A stretch of 64,000 nucleotides of DNA from an uncultured Clostridia bacterium (GTDB lineage: Bacteria > Bacillota > Clostridia > TANB77 > CAG-508): positions 3,198 to 67,197 of the forward strand of contig CAUWGA010000004.1 of NCBI GenBank assembly GCA_963558245.1, read 5' to 3'. The translations under genes and the position numbers were made by a program. Each line of letters opens with the position of its first letter. Within the stretch, counting starts at the first letter, position 1. Below, piece after piece: positions 57,509 through 64,000 of the stretch. The notes below the pieces were generated by a model. That model did no database searches. It was not told where the DNA came from and worked only from the letters and a program-made list of their open reading frames with translations.

Positions 57509-59026
57509 CTAAAATATTTCATTTTGAGTTTCTACATGTTTACTATGCTCAGGGTCAAGCATTTCATCTATAAGTTCTGAAATAACAATACGTTCATTAT
57601 AAGGATATTTAACACCCATATATTCAATATAAAGGTCATTACCTAAACCAGGAATAACTAAAATATCATCTTTATTCATCATATGAAGGGCATATCTTAA
57701 AGCTTCTGTTCTATTTTGAATAATAATATACTTTCCGCCAGATTTTTTTAATCCTACTTCTATATCATCAAAAATTTGCTTAGGATTTTCTGATCTAACT
57801 TGATCAGCAGTTAAAATAGTGAAATCAGCTATTGTACCAGAAATTTCACCCATTATAGGACGTTTAGTACGGTCTCGATCTCCACCAACACCCCATGTAC
57901 AAATAACTCTACCTTCTGTATAAGGCTTAACTGTTTTTAAAATTGATTCTAAGCTAGAAGGAGTGTGAGCATAATCTATCATTATTTTATAGCCTAATTT
58001 ATTTGGAACCATTTCGCTTCTGCCAAAAACATGAAAAGGATTTAATCCAGATTTTATATCTTCATAAGTAGCACCAAAATGTCTAGCAACTGTTATTGCT
58101 CCAAGTGCATTATAGGCCATATATTTGCCAGGAATTGAAACAGTAACTTCTTTAGTATATTCAGGTGTAACTAAAGAAAAATCAACAGAATGATTTGTAT
58201 ATTTAAAATCTTTTGCCATAATATCAGCTTTATTTTCTACACCAAAAGTAATAATCTTTTTGTCAGATGGTAATAAATTAGGAACACGATTAGTGTATTT
58301 GTTATCTAAATTAACTACGCAAACAGGAGCTAATTTTAATAATGAAAGTTTAGCTTCAAAATAATCTTCCATTGTTGGATGCTCATTTGGACTAATATGG
58401 TCTTCTGTTAAATTGGTAAATAAAGCAATATCAAAATCACAACCAACAACTCTATCCATCTTCATTGCCTGAGAAGAAACTTCTAATATAACAATATCAA
58501 CATTTTCTTTTACCATCATATCTAAATATTCTTGAATTTTATAACTTTCCTGAGTAGTCCTATCAAGAACTTCTAACATTTTATCATTTATATAGCAAGC
58601 AATACTTCCGATTAAACCAACTTTATAACCATGTTTTTGTAAAATAGATTTAATCATAAAAGTAGAAGTTGTTTTTCCCTTAGTACCAGTAACTCCAATA
58701 ATCTTTAATTTCTTAGAAGGATTATCATATATAGTACAACTACATAAAGCTAAATTTCTTCTAATATTATCAATTTTTATAAAAGTAATTCCTTCATAAT
58801 TTAAAGAATCTAAATCAACATCAGATTCTACTGCAATAGCAACTGCACCATTTTTTATAGCACCTTCTATAAAGTCAGTTCCTTTTAGCTTGTACCCTGT
58901 AATTGCAAAAAAGAATCCGTTTGGTTTGATTAGTCTAGAATCAGAAGAAATATTGTTTACATCTATATTTAAATTACCTTTATATTCTATTACTTCAATA
59001 TTTTTAATTGCATCTTTTAATAACAT
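57509..59026 (-). CDS. murE: UDP-N-acetylmuramoyl-L-alanyl-D-glutamate--2,6-diaminopimelate ligase
   Basis: GVTGTKGKTT, Mur ligase middle and C-terminal domains, IDYAHTP, GGDRDRTKRP (DNPR-like region). RBS ggagg lies before the ATG at 59026. Confidence 0.92.
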   Translation of the reverse strand: MLLKDAIKNIEVIEYKGNLNIDVNNISSDSRLIKPNGFFFAITGYKLKGTDFIEGAIKNGAVAIAVESDVDLDSLNYEGITFIKIDNIRRNLALCSCTIYDNPSKKLKIIGVTGTKGKTTSTFMIKSILQKHGYKVGLIGSIACYINDKMLEVLDRTTQESYKIQEYLDMMVKENVDIVILEVSSQAMKMDRVVGCDFDIALFTNLTEDHISPNEHPTMEDYFEAKLSLLKLAPVCVVNLDNKYTNRVPNLLPSDKKIITFGVENKADIMAKDFKYTNHSVDFSLVTPEYTKEVTVSIPGKYMAYNALGAITVARHFGATYEDIKSGLNPFHVFGRSEMVPNKLGYKIMIDYAHTPSSLESILKTVKPYTEGRVICTWGVGGDRDRTKRPIMGEISGTIADFTILTADQVRSENPKQIFDDIEVGLKKSGGKYIIIQNRTEALRYALHMMNKDDILVIPGLGNDLYIEYMGVKYPYNERIVISELIDEMLDPEHSKHVETQNEIF

Positions 59027-59212
59027 ATTTAAACCTCCTAAAATATATTCAAGTGTATTATACTCTAGTGAAAGTGTGATGTCAAACACATATATATGAA
59101 AGAAAATACATTTCTTTCATACATATTACGTTAAGCTAGACTAAAACAGTTGAAAAAACAAGAAAATAATATTATAATAAAGAGTACAAAAAATGCAAAG
59201 GAGATATAGACT

Positions 59213-60028
59213 ATGGAAAAAATAAAAATTAGAGAAGCACGGTCTATAAAGAACGGAATAATTTTCTGTTCAAGCAGTATTCCATTGATTATGGTAAAAA
59301 GCACAATAAATGAGAAAGAGGAAATAAGAACGCGGGTCATTGATCAAATAACTGAAAGAGAAGAAAATCTAAAGGAACAAGAAGGGAACAAAAGGAAAAA
59401 TATGCTAATAAAAGCATATTTAACAGACTTAATAATTTTAACAATAATGATACTTTTAAAAGTTGATACAAGACTCTTTACAGGAATGGTAACGTTTTCA
59501 ATTGTGGGAACACACTATTTATGCCCAGTATTATATAATATATATAATATTAAGTATAAATGTAAAAGTCTTGGAAGATTTCATAGTGCAGAACATATGG
59601 TTATTAATGCATATAATAAATTAGATCGAATACCAAGTTTGGAAGAACTTAAAAAATCATCAAGATTTTCAAATAATTGTGGTAGCAATAAAACAAATAG
59701 CATAATTATAATGTTGGTATTTATTTCGTTCGTAGGTCCTTTTTTAATAAAAATGGGAGTAATCCAATACTTAATTATAATGATGTTAATGCCAATTATT
59801 ATAGCTGTACTATCGTCTGTAGGAGCGATGAATATATTTCAAGTATTTTTTACCAACAAACCAAATCATGTAGAACTACAGGTAGCACTTGAAGGTTTAA
59901 AAAAATATGAAGATTTAGAAAAGCAAATACAAGATACATCTCGAATAGAAGACTTTATGGAGACTATGATAACAATCTTTGAAAATCATGAAAAAATTGT
60001 AGTAATGGAAACTGAAAATCTCAATTAA
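59213..60028 (+). CDS. DUF1385-related membrane protein; the N-terminal 63 codons are doubtful (alternative start ATG 59402)
   Basis: GRFHSAEHMVINAYNKLDRIPSLEELKKSSRFSNNCGSN resembles the HGAEHK...RCGT core of DUF1385. Both 59213 and 59402 have RBS-like sequences. Confidence 0.55.
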   Translation: MEKIKIREARSIKNGIIFCSSSIPLIMVKSTINEKEEIRTRVIDQITEREENLKEQEGNKRKNMLIKAYLTDLIILTIMILLKVDTRLFTGMVTFSIVGTHYLCPVLYNIYNIKYKCKSLGRFHSAEHMVINAYNKLDRIPSLEELKKSSRFSNNCGSNKTNSIIIMLVFISFVGPFLIKMGVIQYLIIMMLMPIIIAVLSSVGAMNIFQVFFTNKPNHVELQVALEGLKKYEDLEKQIQDTSRIEDFMETMITIFENHEKIVVMETENLN

Positions 60029-60204
60029 TTTGTTACAATTGTAACATGTAAGCACAAAGTCTTAGGATTTTGTGCTTTTTATATGTTATAAAGTTAGTAA
60101 ATTATACAAAAATTTTTATAAACGTAATTTTTTATCAGTTTTATTTAATTTATAAATAAGTTTTAATATAAAAAAAGCGCTATACGAATTTGTATAGCAC
60201 TTTT

Positions 60205-60281
<77 letters not shown>

Positions 60282-60472
60282 ATGTCTAAATGACAATTAA
60301 TATATTAACACAAAAAATGACTATTGTCAACCCTAAAAAGTATAATTTAGCAAATTTTGAAATGCAAAATGCAACATTAATACAACAAAATAATTTATTC
60401 AAAATGTTTTGATATGAATAGTTTCTTTACTATTTTAAATTATATTAAACAGCAAAACAGACATTTTTGTCA

Positions 60473-61102
60473 TTAAACAAACAGAAAAACAAAACCTAAT
60501 AAGCCAAAAATAATAAAAAGTAAATTAGACAAAATTTTTACAAAATTAGCATTTAACTTATTACTAAGAAATCTTCCGAAGAACAACGCAAAAGAATTAC
60601 TTAAAACCATTCCAAAAATAGAACCTAAAATTAAAGAAATTTTAAAATTAGGATATTGTAAGCCTAAACCTAAAGAAGCTAAAAAAGTTTTATCGCCAAG
60701 TTCTCCCACCATAATACTAATAGCGATTATAAAAATGCAACTTCTAAAAATTTTAATATTAGATAGTTTATGTAAAAAAGTGAATTTACTAGGAACATCA
60801 GAATTAGAATTTATAGATTTTTCTTTTCCTGGAATAAATCCTAATATACCAAACAATAAAAATGAAGAATAAGTTAAAATCTGTAAATAAAATTGAAAAG
60901 TATCATTACCTAAATAAGACATTGTACTACCAAATAATATAGCAATTCCGTGACTTAACAATGTCCCTAAGGCAACACCAAATAATATATGTTTTGCTCT
61001 ACTTTTAGTAGAAAATGATAAAACTAAAAGTTGAGTTTTATCACCTAATTCAGATAAAAATACAAGAAAAAAACTAATAAAAAACGTATAAAGAAATTCC
61101 AT
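60473..61102 (-). CDS. GDT1/TMEM165 (UPF0016) family cation transporter
   Basis: Two ELGDKT motifs (SELGDKTQLL and GELGDKTFLA) in a 6-TM protein. RBS gaggtg lies before the ATG at 61102. Confidence 0.8.
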   Translation of the reverse strand: MEFLYTFFISFFLVFLSELGDKTQLLVLSFSTKSRAKHILFGVALGTLLSHGIAILFGSTMSYLGNDTFQFYLQILTYSSFLLFGILGFIPGKEKSINSNSDVPSKFTFLHKLSNIKIFRSCIFIIAISIMVGELGDKTFLASLGLGLQYPNFKISLILGSIFGMVLSNSFALFFGRFLSNKLNANFVKILSNLLFIIFGLLGFVFLFV

Positions 61103-61267
61103 AGAAAAACACCTCATTTAACTATATGTAAAAAAAGTAAAAATAAAACCAAAAGCTCGGAAAGTCCACAAGCCGTAATGTGAATTTTTTGTGAAAGCCT
61201 TTACATTAAATCTATAAAATGATAATATTGTAGACGAAAAACAACTAAACAAAAGGAGGAATTTTTT

Positions 61268-62210
61268 GTGATAGAGGTAAAAAATGTTACAAAAAAATAT
61301 GGCAAGCTAACTGCTGTGGACAACATAAGTTTTACAATAAATGAAGGCGAGATAGTAGGCTTATTACGGACCAAATGGTGCGGGAAAAAGTACAACAATG
61401 AACATGCTAACAGGGTTCATTGAGCAAACAAGTGGAGAAATCATAATAGATGGCTTCGATATGTTAAAAAAACCTAAAAAAGCAAAAAAAGAAATTGGTT
61501 ATATGCCAGAAGGAGTACCACTTTATACAGATTTAACAGTAAAAGAATTTGTAGCTTATATGGCAGAAATAAAAAAAGTAGACAAAAAAACAAGAAAAGA
61601 GCAAATAGAAAAAATAATACAACAAACAGGGTTAAAAGATGTTGAAAAGAAATTAATAAGAAATTTATCAAGAGGATATAAACAAAGAACTTGTATGGCA
61701 GGAGCATTAGTTGGAGAACCTAAAATATTAATACTTGATGAACCAACAGTTGGATTAGATCCAAAACAAATAACAGAAATAAGAAATCTAATTAAAGAAT
61801 TAGGAAAAACTCATACTATAATATTAAGTTCTCATATCCTATCAGAAGTAAGTCAAATATGCAATAAAGTAATAATTATCAATAAAGGTAAATTAGTAGC
61901 TATAGATACACCAGAAAACTTAGAAAATAAAGTATCAAACAAAAACTGTGTATATGTAACAGTAGAAGATCCAGAAAATAAAATGGAGAAAATACAATCA
62001 AAAATAACAGAAATTGAAAAATTAGAATTAATAGAAAAAAACGAAGATGGAACAAAACAATATATGCTAGAATCAAAAGATGGTGTGGATTTAAGAAAAA
62101 TATTATTTACAGAATTAGCAAAAGAAGGAATTACAATATTTGAAATGAAAAAGGCAGATAGTACATTAGAAGATGCATTTATGAAAATTATAGAAGGAGG
62201 TAACAATTAA
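61268..62210 (+). CDS. ABC transporter ATP-binding protein (ABC-2/GldA-like); two frames joined by a +1 shift at CGG (61367-61369), otherwise a pseudogene
   Basis: GTG 61268 after RBS aaggagg gives VIEVKNVTKKYGKLTAVDNISFTINEGEIVGLL. The +1 frame then reads GPNGAGKSTTMNMLTGF (Walker A), LSRGYKQR and ILILDEPTVGLD. Confidence 0.8.
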
Positions 62211-62890
62211 TGTTAGCAGTTATAAAAAAAGAGTTAAAAACATATTTTTGTTCACCAGTAGGATATGTATTTATTGGTTTGTTTTTACTAATGTTTAGTA
62301 TATTTTTCTATGTTGATGTATTTAAATATCAAAGTACAAATTTTGAATACATATTTTATTCAGGTGCTACAATATTAACATTTATAGTACCGATACTTAC
62401 AATGAGATCAATAGCAGAAGAAAGAAAAAATGGAACAGAACAACTTTTATTAACATCACCACTTAGTATAACAAAATTAGTTATAGGCAAATTTATTGCT
62501 GCAACACTAATTGTTGTTATAACAGAAATATGTACATTTTTATATTTTATAATATTAAGCTTTTTTGGTAAACCACATTTAACTACAGCATTAGTAACAT
62601 TGTTAGGATTTTTACTATTAGCAATGAGTTACATATCATTTGGGATTTTTGCCTCAAGTATTACAGAAAATCAAATAATTGCAGGAGTAATAACAATAGG
62701 ATTTTTTATACTAACATGGTTTTTACCACAATTTAGTGAGATATTTACTAATTTTTCATTAATAAATATGTTTTCTAAATTTCCAGAAGGTCAAATTGAT
62801 ATTGCAAATACTGTAACATATATAAGCTTTACAATTTTATGCTTAGTGCTTACAGTAATATTTATGCAAAGAAGAAAAAGTGTAAGGTAG
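62210..62890 (+). CDS. ABC-2 family transporter permease (GldF-like)
   Basis: 6-TM protein; its ATG overlaps the ATPase stop (ATGTTAG / TAATG coupling). Confidence 0.75.
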   Translation: MLAVIKKELKTYFCSPVGYVFIGLFLLMFSIFFYVDVFKYQSTNFEYIFYSGATILTFIVPILTMRSIAEERKNGTEQLLLTSPLSITKLVIGKFIAATLIVVITEICTFLYFIILSFFGKPHLTTALVTLLGFLLLAMSYISFGIFASSITENQIIAGVITIGFFILTWFLPQFSEIFTNFSLINMFSKFPEGQIDIANTVTYISFTILCLVLTVIFMQRRKSVR

Positions 62891-62902
62891 GAGGTAAAAA
62901 CA

Positions 62903-64000
62903 TTGAAACAAAACAGTAAAACAAAATTAAGCAAAGAGGAAAAATTAACTAAAAAAGCAGAAATAAAAAAGGCTAGAGAAGAAAAAAAGCAAGAAAAAAA
63001 CAAAAATAAAAAACCAAATAAATTTATAGAAACTATAAAGCAAAAATGGTTAATAAATGGCACAAAAACTGCAGTTTTAGTTATTGCTTTAGTATTATTA
63101 TTTATTGTACTTAACTTAGTTATGCAAAAATTAGAGATAACACCATTAGATTTTACGCAAGAAAAATTATATACATTAACAGAGGAAAGTAAAGAAAAGG
63201 TTAAGAATATAGATAAAGATGTAAATATATATTTTATAGGATATTCAGATTCTGATCCAAACTTAGATTTAGCAAAACAATATAAAAAAGTAAATGAAAA
63301 AATAAAAGCAGAAGCAGTAGATGCAAATAATAGACCAGATTTAGTGCAAAAATATGGAGTAGAAAGTGGAACACAAGGAATTATAATAGAATGTGGAGAA
63401 AAATCAAAAGTTTTATCTTCAGCAGATTTAGTAACATATGATACATCAACATATGAAACAATAAGCATAGCAGAACAGAAATTTACTACAGCAATTATAT
63501 CTGTTACAAGTGAGAAAATACCAAAGGTATATTTCTTAGAAGGATATAGTGAATTTTCATTATCTCAAAACATGCAATATCTAAGTATGCTGTTAGCAAA
63601 TGAAATAAATAAAATAGATACATTAAACATATTATCAACTGGAAAAGTACCAGCTGACTGTGACACATTAGTTATAACAACTCCAGCAAAAGATTTCGAT
63701 GATGTTGCCACAAATGCAATAATCGAATATATAAATACAGGTAAAAACATATTATGGCTAAATGCAGCTCAAGTACAAGAAAAAGAATTACCAAACGTAA
63801 ATAAAATACTAGCATTATATGGAATTAATCCATTTGAAGTTGGTATTATAAGAGAAACAGATTCTAACAAAATGTTAGCAGGTTCACCAGATATAATAAT
63901 GCCAGAAATATCTTATTCAAAATCAACAAAAAATATATATAATACAACAGGACCAATATTTGTAAATGCAACAAAAATAAATGTGGCAGATACAGAAAAA
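62903..64000 (+). CDS. GldG-like ABC-transporter auxiliary protein, 5' partial (runs off the window; not in the ORF track)
   Basis: TTG start 8 nt after GGAGG. K-rich N-terminus, one TM helix, then LDFTQEKLYTLTEESKEKVKNIDKDVNIYFIGYSD. The frame is open for all 366 codons to the window end. Confidence 0.7.
   Translation, partial: MKQNSKTKLSKEEKLTKKAEIKKAREEKKQEKNKNKKPNKFIETIKQKWLINGTKTAVLVIALVLLFIVLNLVMQKLEITPLDFTQEKLYTLTEESKEKVKNIDKDVNIYFIGYSDSDPNLDLAKQYKKVNEKIKAEAVDANNRPDLVQKYGVESGTQGIIIECGEKSKVLSSADLVTYDTSTYETISIAEQKFTTAIISVTSEKIPKVYFLEGYSEFSLSQNMQYLSMLLANEINKIDTLNILSTGKVPADCDTLVITTPAKDFDDVATNAIIEYINTGKNILWLNAAQVQEKELPNVNKILALYGINPFEVGIIRETDSNKMLAGSPDIIMPEISYSKSTKNIYNTTGPIFVNATKINVADTEK

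Noticed and set aside
61118-61260. Looked for a yybP-ykoY (Mn) riboswitch upstream of the GDT1/UPF0016 transporter, and for an M-box upstream of corA (17150-17362)
   Set aside because: The conserved GGGGAGTAG-type core (yybP-ykoY) and the M-box conserved helices were not found. Only promoter-like elements are present.
61201-61398. 65-aa minus-strand ORF
   Set aside because: It is antisense to the N-terminal, pre-frameshift part of the ABC ATPase, which has a good RBS and conserved sequence.
62791-63468. 225-aa minus-strand ORF (and 63565-63750)
   Set aside because: It is antisense to the open GldG-like frame that starts at TTG 62903 with a GGAGG RBS and stays open to the window end. The translation is low-complexity.

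Overview
Very AT-rich, Clostridia-like (low-GC Firmicutes) chromosomal segment. The housekeeping backbone is gyrA, tex, aspS behind a T-box leader, alr, dapF, murE, mtgA, corA, an ABC-F ATPase, an M18 aminopeptidase, a cadC/cadA metal-efflux pair and eight tRNAs. Several accessory pieces are interleaved. (1) 1-1383: the 3' part of a group II intron lies inside a reverse-transcriptase gene whose tail looks DGR-type, followed by an Asn-codon-rich segment that reads like a DGR template repeat. (2) 4.8-10.3 kb: a truncated Gram-positive T4SS/conjugation module (coupling protein, VirB2-, VirB6- and PrgI-like proteins) next to DnaD/DnaC-like genes. (3) 25.1-34.6 kb: a compact NRPS locus. It has a single C-A-T-R module whose A-domain code reads as Thr, a sensor kinase translationally coupled to the NRPS, an HD-GYP response regulator and a divergent acyl-CoA ligase. 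(4) 42.9-52.2 kb: a 3105-aa ORF that fuses a cohesin with an LPKTG anchor to a second signal peptide, a dockerin and a GLUG/HExxH metalloprotease. (5) Two candidate small-ORF/sRNA pairs, at about 17.0 kb and 52.4-52.6 kb. The most striking signal is window-wide. All five split genes (intron IEP, DnaC-like ATPase, T4SS coupling protein, M23 peptidase, ABC ATPase) break at an in-frame CGG codon. Each regains its conserved protein sequence in the +1 frame, starting with the overlapping GGN glycine codon. This points to either CGG-dependent +1 recoding or a systematic C-before-GG sequence artefact. Coordinates derived by hand may be off by 1-2 nt.
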